Source: Candidatus Binatia bacterium
Lineage (GTDB): Bacteria; Desulfobacterota; Binatia; UBA9968
Reading direction: 5' to 3'
Length of the DNA: 64,000 nucleotides
NCBI GenBank assembly: GCA_046757725.1
Contig: JBHHYU010000008.1
Span: 230-64,229 of the forward strand
Shown here in pieces: positions 1 to 8,176 of the stretch; position 1 is the stretch's first letter, and the number at the start of each line of letters is the position of its first letter. The translations under genes and the position numbers were made by a program. A model generated the notes under the pieces. It saw only the letters and a list, made by a program, of their open reading frames with translations, was not told the DNA's origin and did not search any database.

Positions 1-1
1 C

Positions 2-367
2 AATAAGATTCCATGCCAATACTGCCATGTGAATGCGCGGCGGTCTTCGGTTGCCGGCATCCCTACCGTCGCACGCTGCATGGGTTGCCACAAGATCACG
101 GCAGCTAAGAAACCCGAAATCAAGAAACTAAAGGGCTACTGGGATAAGAAAGCAGCTATCGTCTGGAGTAAGGTTACCCGGGTGCCGGACTTTGTTTTCT
201 TTGAGCACTGGCCCCATGTCAGGGCTGGGCTCCATTGTCAGACCTGTCATGGTCAAGTTGAGAGCATGGAGAAAGTACGACAGGCAAAGGAGCTTTCCAT
301 GAGTGAGTGTGTGACCTGTCACCGTCAAAAGAAAGCGAGTATCGATTGCCTTACCTGCCACAGGTAA
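2..367 (+). CDS. actA: Multihaem cytochrome c, 5' partial (ActA-like pentahaem subunit of Alternative Complex III)
   Basis: The open frame reaches the window edge. The fragment carries five CxxCH haem-binding motifs (CQYCH, CMGCH, CQTCH, CVTCH, CLTCH) and lies directly upstream of an ActB-like gene. Confidence 0.6.
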   Translation, partial: NKIPCQYCHVNARRSSVAGIPTVARCMGCHKITAAKKPEIKKLKGYWDKKAAIVWSKVTRVPDFVFFEHWPHVRAGLHCQTCHGQVESMEKVRQAKELSMSECVTCHRQKKASIDCLTCHR

Positions 368-465
368 GGCAAAGTCAAAGGCCAATTGTTAGTAAGGAGA
401 CCAGGAAAAAGAAAAGAGACACGAGAGAGCAAGGAGCAGTGAGCGGTGATTGAGGAACTGAAACC

Positions 466-3387
466 ATGACGATGAACCGGCGGGAATTTTTGAAGATCGC
501 GGGCGCGGGAAGCGCCACGGCAGCCATGGTGGGCTGTGCGGCGGAGCCTCCTGAGAAGATTATACCGTACCTTATCCCGCACGAGGAGATCACCCCGGGA
601 AAGGCCACCTGGTACGCGACGACCTGTCGGGAATGTCCCGCAGGATGTGGAATGCTGGTCAAGACGATGGAAGGACGAGCCATAAAAGTGGAAGGTAATC
701 CCGACCACCCGGTCAACCAGGGCCGTCTCTGCGCACGAGGGCAGGCCAGCCTGCAGGGGCTCTACAATCCGGATCGGATTCGCCGGCCCCTAAAAAAAGG
801 GGCACAACACAAACTCCAACCGATCTCCTGGGAGGAGGGCGAAAAATTAGTCGCCGAACAGCTTACGAATCTGAAGGGCCGGGGAAATCGGATCGCATTT
901 GTCACTTCCCTTGTCACAGGGAGCATGGATCGTTTGATAGAAACATGGCTCCAGCAAATGGGAGGAGGCAAACATCTTCGCTACGAAACGATCAGCTATG
1001 AATCTCTCCGGGAGGCAAATCGACTCGCCTTCGGTGTTAAAGCCATCCCTTTCTACGACATCGAGCAGGCCGATCTAGTGTTCTCCTTTGGAGCCGACTT
1101 TCTGGAGACATGGCTCTCCCCGGTAGAATACTCACGCCAGTTTTCCTCAATGCGGACTTACCGGGAGGGTCGGATGGGGCGCTTCGCCTATATCGGCCCC
1201 CGTCTCTCTCTTACGGGAGCAAACGCCGACGAGTGGATCACTCTGCGCCCGGGAACGGAGGGGTTCCTCGCGTTGGGCATGATCCATGTTATTCTCAGGG
1301 ACACGTTGAGGAAATCCCTGCCTGATAAGGAGGACGAGGGACTCCGAAAGCTGACAACTCCCTTTACCCCCAGCAAGGTCGCAGATCTCACCGGGATATC
1401 AGCGGATAAGGTCCAGGTTTTGGCACGAGCTTTTGCTCGGGCACGCCCCAGTCTAGCGTTGGCGGACGGCAAGGGTTCCAACGGAACTGAGACCTGCCTG
1501 GCAGTCAACCTCCTTAACTATGTTGCCGGCAACGTTGGCCGGACCATCCGCTTCGCTAAGACATCAGCGGCAGGCCACCTTTCGTCCTATCACGAGATGC
1601 GAGACCTCATAAAAGCTATGGAGGAAGGGAAAGTCTCCGTTTTACTTCTTGCCGGGGTAAATCCGGTCTTCACGCTTCCGGAAGGAGAACGCTTTAAAAC
1701 CGCGATGGAGAAGGTCCCCTTAGTAGTGAGTTTTTCGAGTTTTCTTGATGAAACGGGGGCCGCAGCCAACCTGATCCTGCCGGATCATACTTTTCTAGAG
1801 AGTTGGGGAGACTACGAGCCCTGGGATGGTGTAACCGGGTTGCAGCAGCCAACCATGCAGCCCTTGTACGATACCAGGAACCTGGGCGACCTGCTTCTTT
1901 CGGTGGCAAAGCGGGCCGGTGCAAAAAATAGCTTCCCGTGGGAAAACTTTCATGCCTACCTGAGAGAGCAGTGGACAAAACGGCACCAGCAGCTCAAACA
2001 TACTGACAACTTTGAGGAGTTCTGGACGGGAACACTTCAGCGGGGCAGCCTTCAAGCCTCTATGGCACCACGAGACGTCCAGCTTAGCCCTGAACTCTTT
2101 CAGAGTCGATTTGAGTCTCCAAAATTTATCGGAGAAAAAGAGGCATTCATACTAACTCCCTATGTCTCACCCCTCCTTTATGATGGGCGCATGGCGAATC
2201 GTCCCTGGCTCCAGGAGCTCCCAGACACATTGACGCAGATTGTCTGGGACAGTTGGCTGGAGATCCATCCCACCGACGCCAAGCGATTGGGGGTGGAAGA
2301 AGGAGGGTTAATTCGACTACAGTCTCCAGCAGGTCACATCCAGCTGGCCTCGCATATTTCGGGTGGTGTACGACCAGGGACAGTGGCCGTACCTGTTGGG
2401 CAAGGACATACTGGTTTTGGCCGTTATGCGGAAGGACGCGGCGCTAATCCGATTCCCCTTCTCTCCCCGGAACCGGAACCGGTTTCCGGGGGGCTTCGCT
2501 GGAACAGTACCCGAGTTTTCGTCTTTCCTACGGGCAAGCGGCGGCCTTTTGCCTCGGTTGAAGGAAGCGCCCGTCCCCATAAGAGAGAGATCATCCAGAC
2601 CGTTTCCCTGGCTACACTGCAAAGAGACGGTCATGGCGAGAAACCTCCGGACCTTCTTCAGATGTATCCGGAGCATTCCCATCCGGAGCATCGTTGGGGC
2701 ATGGCGATCGACCTCAACGCCTGCATTGGCTGTGGAGCCTGCGTAGCTGCCTGCGCCGCTGAGAACAACATCCCTGTCGTGGGGAAAGACGAAGTGCTCA
2801 AGGGACGTGAAATGTCCTGGATCCGGATCGAACGAGTCGACGAAGGGGAGGCCGGCTATCCCGATCAACACTTCCTCCCCATGCTCTGCCAGCAATGCGA
2901 TAAGGCGCCGTGTGAGCCAGTTTGTCCGGTCTACGCGACCTACCACAGTCCGGAAGGACTTAACGCCCAGGTCTACAATCGCTGCGTCGGAACACGATAC
3001 TGTTCCAACAACTGTCCTTACAAGGTTCGAAGATTCAACTGGTTTACCGCAGAGTGGCCTGAGCCGCTACAGCTCCAACTCAACCCGGATGTCACGGTCC
3101 GGACCATGGGGGTTATGGAAAAGTGTACATTTTGCGTGCAGCGTATCCGACACGAGGAGTTGACGGCGAAAGAAGAGGGACGCCGTGTCAAGGATGGTGA
3201 GATCAGCCCTGCATGCGCACAAACTTGCCCAACCCAGGCTATAGTTTTTGGAGATATGAAAGATCCCGGGAGCAGGGTGTCCAAGCAGGCGGCGAGCCCA
3301 CGAAATTATCGAGTCTTGGAGCATCTGAACACGCAACCGGCAATCAACTATCTTAAGAAGATCAAGCCCGGCCCTGTGGAGGATTAG
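466..3387 (+). CDS. actB: ACIII ActB-like subunit: Tat-exported molybdopterin-oxidoreductase-like domain fused to a 4Fe-4S multicluster domain (973 aa)
   Basis: The N-terminus has a twin-arginine motif (RREFLKIAGAG). The large MopB-like domain is followed by four Cys clusters (CIGCGACVAAC, CQQCDKAPCEPVCP, CVGTRYCSNNCP, CTFCVQR...CAQTCP). The gene context is actA upstream and an NrfD-like gene downstream. Confidence 0.75.
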   Translation: MTMNRREFLKIAGAGSATAAMVGCAAEPPEKIIPYLIPHEEITPGKATWYATTCRECPAGCGMLVKTMEGRAIKVEGNPDHPVNQGRLCARGQASLQGLYNPDRIRRPLKKGAQHKLQPISWEEGEKLVAEQLTNLKGRGNRIAFVTSLVTGSMDRLIETWLQQMGGGKHLRYETISYESLREANRLAFGVKAIPFYDIEQADLVFSFGADFLETWLSPVEYSRQFSSMRTYREGRMGRFAYIGPRLSLTGANADEWITLRPGTEGFLALGMIHVILRDTLRKSLPDKEDEGLRKLTTPFTPSKVADLTGISADKVQVLARAFARARPSLALADGKGSNGTETCLAVNLLNYVAGNVGRTIRFAKTSAAGHLSSYHEMRDLIKAMEEGKVSVLLLAGVNPVFTLPEGERFKTAMEKVPLVVSFSSFLDETGAAANLILPDHTFLESWGDYEPWDGVTGLQQPTMQPLYDTRNLGDLLLSVAKRAGAKNSFPWENFHAYLREQWTKRHQQLKHTDNFEEFWTGTLQRGSLQASMAPRDVQLSPELFQSRFESPKFIGEKEAFILTPYVSPLLYDGRMANRPWLQELPDTLTQIVWDSWLEIHPTDAKRLGVEEGGLIRLQSPAGHIQLASHISGGVRPGTVAVPVGQGHTGFGRYAEGRGANPIPLLSPEPEPVSGGLRWNSTRVFVFPTGKRRPFASVEGSARPHKREIIQTVSLATLQRDGHGEKPPDLLQMYPEHSHPEHRWGMAIDLNACIGCGACVAACAAENNIPVVGKDEVLKGREMSWIRIERVDEGEAGYPDQHFLPMLCQQCDKAPCEPVCPVYATYHSPEGLNAQVYNRCVGTRYCSNNCPYKVRRFNWFTAEWPEPLQLQLNPDVTVRTMGVMEKCTFCVQRIRHEELTAKEEGRRVKDGEISPACAQTCPTQAIVFGDMKDPGSRVSKQAASPRNYRVLEHLNTQPAINYLKKIKPGPVED

Positions 3388-4716
3388 ATGTCTCAGCTCA
3401 CATACAGCCAGGTCGATCAGGACATCCTTCGGGTCATGAGGAAACCCGGGTGGCGCTACTACACATTGCTATTTCTCGACCTCATCGTTTTAGGATGGGG
3501 TGCTTATGCCTGGCGATATCAGATAGTGCACGGCATGGGGGTCTCAGGACTTACCCACCCGGTGATGTGGGCGATCTACATTACCAACTTCGTCTTCTGG
3601 GTGGGCATAGCCCATTCGGGGACTTTGATATCAGCTATTCTCTACCTATTTCGCGTTCGGTGGCGAGCCGGCGTTTACCGGACTGCCGAAGCTGTTACAA
3701 TCTTTGCCCTTTTCACAGCCGGCCTCTTTCCGATCATTCACCTCGGTCGTCCCTGGTTCTTTTACTGGCTTCTCCCCTATTCTCAGGTGGGCGGCCTTTG
3801 GATCAACTTTCGCTCCCCTTTGGTCTGGGACGTCTTTGCAGTGATGACCTACATGATTATCAGTATCCTCTTTTTCTTTACCGGTCTGGTCCCGGACATG
3901 GCCATCGCTCGGAACAAGACTACGGGATGGCGGCATCGGCTTTACACCTTTATGGCCCAGGGTTGGCAAGGAACCGACCGGCAGTGGCGTCACTACAAGG
4001 CCGCTTACCTCTTTCTGGCAGCCCTGGCTACTCCACTGGTCATCTCGGTCCACAGCGTAGTCTCCTGGGATTTTGCCCAGACCATTGTCGCAGGTTGGCA
4101 CAGTACTATCTTTGCCCCCTATTTTGTTGCAGGCGCAATCCATTCAGGCCTAGCCATGGTGATCACCCTGCTTATTCCGGTCCGGAGAATCTTCCGCCTC
4201 GATGCCTATATCACTCAGAGACACCTGGAGAATCTGGCAAAGCTGATCATCCTCACCGGTCTCATCGTCGGATACGCCTACGTGGTGGAGACCTATATTA
4301 CCTGGTACAGCAATAACATCCCGGAATGGCAACGCTTCGTTTTCAACGTGACGGGAGCATACGCCATTCCGTTCTGGATCATGATTCTTTTTAACTCTCT
4401 CGTTCCTCTCCTCTTCTTCGTCCAGCGCATCCGCACCAGCACCCCCTGGCTCTTCGGGATTGCGATCCTGATCAATATCGGAATGTGGATGGAACGGTTC
4501 GTGATCATCGTTGGTTCATTGGCCCATGGGTACGATCCCCATTCCTGGGGGCTTTACTTTCCAACCTGGGTGGATATCAGCATCACCCTCGGCAGCTTCG
4601 CCTGGTTCTTTTTCTGGTTTCTCTTGTTCACAAAGTTTCTCCCCGTGGTTTCTATGGTGGAGGTGAAGGAAGAGTTGCCGCCTCCTATAAAGAAGATGGA
4701 AGGAAAGGAGGAATAA
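3388..4716 (+). CDS. actC: NrfD/PsrC-like polytopic membrane quinone-binding subunit (ActC-like)
   Basis: 442 aa, highly hydrophobic with many TM segments. The start codon directly abuts the actB stop (TAGATG), and a GGAGGA ribosome-binding site lies upstream. Confidence 0.7.
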   Translation: MSQLTYSQVDQDILRVMRKPGWRYYTLLFLDLIVLGWGAYAWRYQIVHGMGVSGLTHPVMWAIYITNFVFWVGIAHSGTLISAILYLFRVRWRAGVYRTAEAVTIFALFTAGLFPIIHLGRPWFFYWLLPYSQVGGLWINFRSPLVWDVFAVMTYMIISILFFFTGLVPDMAIARNKTTGWRHRLYTFMAQGWQGTDRQWRHYKAAYLFLAALATPLVISVHSVVSWDFAQTIVAGWHSTIFAPYFVAGAIHSGLAMVITLLIPVRRIFRLDAYITQRHLENLAKLIILTGLIVGYAYVVETYITWYSNNIPEWQRFVFNVTGAYAIPFWIMILFNSLVPLLFFVQRIRTSTPWLFGIAILINIGMWMERFVIIVGSLAHGYDPHSWGLYFPTWVDISITLGSFAWFFFWFLLFTKFLPVVSMVEVKEELPPPIKKMEGKEE

Positions 4717-4717
4717 A

Positions 4718-5233
4718 ATGGCTGCCTTATCGGACGGCCTTGTCGGGAGTTTTGCCCATCTTGATAGCCTGCTTACGGCCATCGAAGGATTGCGTCAAGC
4801 CGGTTATCACGAGATACAAGCCCTCTCTCCCGTCCCTCACCATGCCATCGACAAGGCACTGGAGAAACCGACTAGTCCGGTGCGTGTCTTTACGCTGATC
4901 GGTTGTCTTCTTGGCGCCATCACCGGCTTTGTGCTGACCATAGCCACTTCACTCCATTACCCGCTCATCACCGGCGGCAAACCGATTGTCTCGATCCCTC
5001 CCTTCCTCATCATCGTCTTCGAACTCACGATTCTGTTCGGCGGGCTCCTGACTCTCGGGGGCATGCTTTTGAATGCTCGTCTACCACAGGTACAGATCGT
5101 TCCAGCCTATAATCCTCGCTTCTCAGAGGATCGGTTCGGTTTGTGGGTCCGCTGCGAGACCAACAATTATAACGCCGTAACCGAACTGCTCCGAAACGCA
5201 GGTGCGGAGGAGATACGCCATGCCAAGGATTAG
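4718..5233 (+). CDS. actD: ActD-like small membrane subunit of ACIII (DUF3341-like)
   Basis: 171 aa with two central TM helices. There is a perfect AAGGAGG ribosome-binding site 8 nt upstream, and the position after actC matches the ACIII gene order. Confidence 0.6.
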   Translation: MAALSDGLVGSFAHLDSLLTAIEGLRQAGYHEIQALSPVPHHAIDKALEKPTSPVRVFTLIGCLLGAITGFVLTIATSLHYPLITGGKPIVSIPPFLIIVFELTILFGGLLTLGGMLLNARLPQVQIVPAYNPRFSEDRFGLWVRCETNNYNAVTELLRNAGAEEIRHAKD

Positions 5234-5269
5234 CTACATCGTCAAGAACGACGCCAAGGGAAGGCGCTG

Positions 5270-6550
5270 ATGCAAGAGGGCTTCGAAAAATGTTGGAACA
5301 TAAGGCCTAGGGTCTCCGAGGGATTGACCTGGGGATTGACCGGGTTATTGGGCGTTGGCTTGGTAGCGTTTGGCGCCAGCCTCCAACTTGACCCGATACG
5401 GGCCTGGCAGATCTATCTGGTCAACTTCCTTTTCTGGGCGGGACTGGCCCAAGGCGGAGTGGTTTTCGCTGCAGTTTACCATGTGGTTGGAGCAAAATGG
5501 GGAGCTTCCATAAGGCGCATGGCCGAGGGGTTCGCCGTCTTTCTCCCAGTGAGCCTCATCATGTTCTTGCCGCTCTTCTTCGGTCTCAGATTATTTTTCG
5601 ACCGGGTCCTTGAGCTGAACCCGGACCGTGGTGCATGGTTTGATCCCAGGTTTATATTTATCAGGGGTGTTCTGGGATTAGGATCGATGACGGTCTTAAG
5701 CCTATTTTTCGTTTACTACTCACTCCGGCCCGAGGTGGGGTTGGCCCTTAAACAAAACCTCATGCCTCGCCGCTGGTTCTACGACTGGTTGGCAGAGGAA
5801 TGGGGGGGCGGCGAGCTGATCGAGATTCAGCGAAGTCGCCGGGGAATGAGTGTGCTCGCGGCAGGTGTACTTTTGGCATACCCGATGATCTACAGCTTCA
5901 TGGCCTTCGATCTGATCATGGCGCTGGATCCGTTCTGGTACAGCTCCCTCTTTGGAGGCTACTTTTTTATCAGCACCTTCTATCTCGGCCTCGCCGGCCT
6001 AGCTGTGGTGGCAGTGCTGATCCGGCGGAACCTCGGCATTTCGGTGGTCACTGACGCCCACCTCTCGGATCTGGGCAAGCTCCTCCTGGGATTCGACCTG
6101 ACCTATGTCTCCATGCTCTGGTCACAATACATCGTCATATGGTACGGGAATCTTCCTGAAGAAACCCACTTCATCGTGCTTCGTCTGTGGGAAAGGCCCT
6201 GGGCGTTTCTTTCTTGGGGTGTACTGATTCTCAGTTCTTTGATCCCTTTCCTGGTGTTTCTGAGCAAGCGGGCCAAACAGATACCTTGGATTTTGCTGAC
6301 GGTCAGCCTATTGATCGCAACAGGGTTATGGCTCGAGCGATATGTCCTGATAGCGCCGTCCATAGGGCAACACGGGTCGCTCTCCTTTAGCCTGTTGGAG
6401 ATCGGAGTAACTTTAGGCTTCTTGGGAGCAGCCGGGTTAAGCTACCTTTTCTTTTTAAAGCACTTTCCCGTGCTTCCGCTTATCCAATTGCCGGTTTCGG
6501 CTGTTCCAGGTGAAACAGATGTTGTTGAAGAAGTCTCACCCAATGTTTAG
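5270..6550 (+). CDS. actF: Second NrfD-like membrane subunit (ActF-like)
   Basis: 426 aa polytopic membrane protein with NrfD-like composition. A GGGAAGG ribosome-binding site lies upstream. Confidence 0.6.
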   Translation: MQEGFEKCWNIRPRVSEGLTWGLTGLLGVGLVAFGASLQLDPIRAWQIYLVNFLFWAGLAQGGVVFAAVYHVVGAKWGASIRRMAEGFAVFLPVSLIMFLPLFFGLRLFFDRVLELNPDRGAWFDPRFIFIRGVLGLGSMTVLSLFFVYYSLRPEVGLALKQNLMPRRWFYDWLAEEWGGGELIEIQRSRRGMSVLAAGVLLAYPMIYSFMAFDLIMALDPFWYSSLFGGYFFISTFYLGLAGLAVVAVLIRRNLGISVVTDAHLSDLGKLLLGFDLTYVSMLWSQYIVIWYGNLPEETHFIVLRLWERPWAFLSWGVLILSSLIPFLVFLSKRAKQIPWILLTVSLLIATGLWLERYVLIAPSIGQHGSLSFSLLEIGVTLGFLGAAGLSYLFFLKHFPVLPLIQLPVSAVPGETDVVEEVSPNV

Positions 6551-7130
6551 AAATTTGCCGTTAAGGCTGCCTACCATGGTAGGGAAAACGATAAGGCAGC
6601 TGCAAAGCTGTTCTCGGCGTCGGAAGCGATTTGCTCTCAGAAGGGCCGGATTGTGCTTGGCTACCTTAGCGGGCCTGTTGTGGCTCGGTGTCAGTATGGC
6701 CTACGGATGGCCCTGGAGCACTGACATGGAGAAACAGCCTTCAGTCAAGCCACAGGAGGCACCCCTAGCGCCACCGCCCAACTCGATTCCAAGGAAAGGC
6801 AGAGAGCCGCGCATGAATCGGATTGAGGCGGGAAAGCGGTTGCGCAATCCCATAGACCCAACGGCCATGTCAGTTGAACACGGCAAGAAGCTTTTTCAGG
6901 TCTACTGCGCCCTTTGTCACGGACCCGATGCGAAGGGCGGGGGCCCTGTGGCCAAAAAATTTGTCCCACCTCCCGACCTGACTTTGGAAATATTCCGCAA
7001 GCGAACCGACGGCTTTATCTACGCAACCATTCGAGACGGAGGACCCCTCATGCCCAGCCAAGCGGAGGCCGTTTCTCCAAAAGAAAGATGGGACATCGTC
7101 AACTACCTCCGCACCTTGCAGGAGAAGTAA
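6510..7130 (+). CDS. actE: Monohaem membrane-anchored cytochrome c (ActE-like)
   Basis: Single CALCHG motif and an N-terminal TM anchor preceded by an Arg-rich stretch. The true start is probably an internal ATG (6543 or 6576), because the 6510 start overlaps actF by 40 bp. Confidence 0.55.
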   Translation: MKQMLLKKSHPMFRNLPLRLPTMVGKTIRQLQSCSRRRKRFALRRAGLCLATLAGLLWLGVSMAYGWPWSTDMEKQPSVKPQEAPLAPPPNSIPRKGREPRMNRIEAGKRLRNPIDPTAMSVEHGKKLFQVYCALCHGPDAKGGGPVAKKFVPPPDLTLEIFRKRTDGFIYATIRDGGPLMPSQAEAVSPKERWDIVNYLRTLQEK

Positions 7131-7425
7131 CGTACGTGAGTGCCTTAGAGAGCTTCTCCCTCCCGTTGCAAATCGAATAGTCTTTCGCAAATTTGGGAAA
7201 AGAGAGATTTTTAATTCTCAACCTCCGGAAGCATCACCCTAATCATCACCAGTTTATCCCAAGTTTTAACGTTCAGGTCAGTGGTATGTTTCTTGCGAAC
7301 CCCTCTTTCTAACTACCCGAGCAAAGGACCTCGCGGCATGGTGACCGAAACGTGTTTGGCGGCTAAATTGGATCGTACCGACAGGCACCGGTATCAGAGT
7401 GCAAACCAATGGTGGAGGCTTCTTC

Positions 7426-8154
7426 ATGCGAACAGTAAGATGGTTATTTATGCTCCTCTCGCTCTTTTTTTGGGGGTGGACGTTTTTCCCGAGCGCTGAG
7501 GCTATTGCCTTTGAACGGGACTCCCGATGGAACAGCTCTTACTCAAAGGGGCGCTCACTGTATCTTATTCAGTGCGCAGCCTGCCATGGCAAAAACGGTG
7601 AGGGCGGCGTCAGTCTCCCTCTTAACTTGCAAAGCTTTCTTGCCGTAGCCCCTCCGGGCTACATCCGTCGTTCGATTTTCTACGGGCGACTACCGCGGCC
7701 AATGGCCGCCTTCGGGACTATTCTCAAAAAGGAAGAGATCGAGTCCATCGCCGCCTATGTACGTTCCTGGCAGCTCCAGGATTACAAGGGCATTGACATG
7801 AATCGTGTGGCCGGTTCCGTATCCAACGGCAAGTTTCTCTTTGATGGAATCTGTTCCGGGTGTCACGGGAGGGACGGTGTCGGCGGCCCCCAAGTGGGTG
7901 GCGGTCACGTCACCAGCTCCATTGCCGGATATACCGGGCCCTCACTTAATAACCAGGGCTTTCTGAAGTCGGCCACGGACGGATATATCAAAGCGACCCT
8001 GATGTATGGCCGCGTTGGTACCCCCATGGGTTCCTACCTGAAGGGCAAGCAAGGTTTTGTCGAGCTGAGCGAGGAAGAGATCAGCGACATCGTGGCATAC
8101 ATTCGCTCCTGGGAAAAGCGAGACGCCGGGCCACGAGATCCCTGGAGAGAATGA
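7426..8154 (+). CDS. Dihaem class-I c-type cytochrome (periplasmic, Sec signal)
   Basis: Two CxxCH motifs (CAACHG, CSGCHG) and an N-terminal signal peptide (MRTVRWLFMLLSLFFWGWTFFPSAEA). A GGTGGAGG ribosome-binding site precedes the ATG at 7426. Confidence 0.7.
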   Translation: MRTVRWLFMLLSLFFWGWTFFPSAEAIAFERDSRWNSSYSKGRSLYLIQCAACHGKNGEGGVSLPLNLQSFLAVAPPGYIRRSIFYGRLPRPMAAFGTILKKEEIESIAAYVRSWQLQDYKGIDMNRVAGSVSNGKFLFDGICSGCHGRDGVGGPQVGGGHVTSSIAGYTGPSLNNQGFLKSATDGYIKATLMYGRVGTPMGSYLKGKQGFVELSEEEISDIVAYIRSWEKRDAGPRDPWRE

Positions 8155-8176
8155 ACAATCTTGAGGAGGAATAAAA

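Noticed and set aside
2317-2946. 209-aa antisense ORF inside actB
   Set aside because: It is antisense to a gene with clear Fe-S and MopB motifs, and it has no motifs or ribosome-binding site of its own.
3450-4316. 288-aa ORF in an alternative + frame inside actC
   Set aside because: It lies entirely within the better-supported NrfD-like gene. The Pro/Arg/Ser/Leu-rich translation is a typical GC-rich off-frame artefact.
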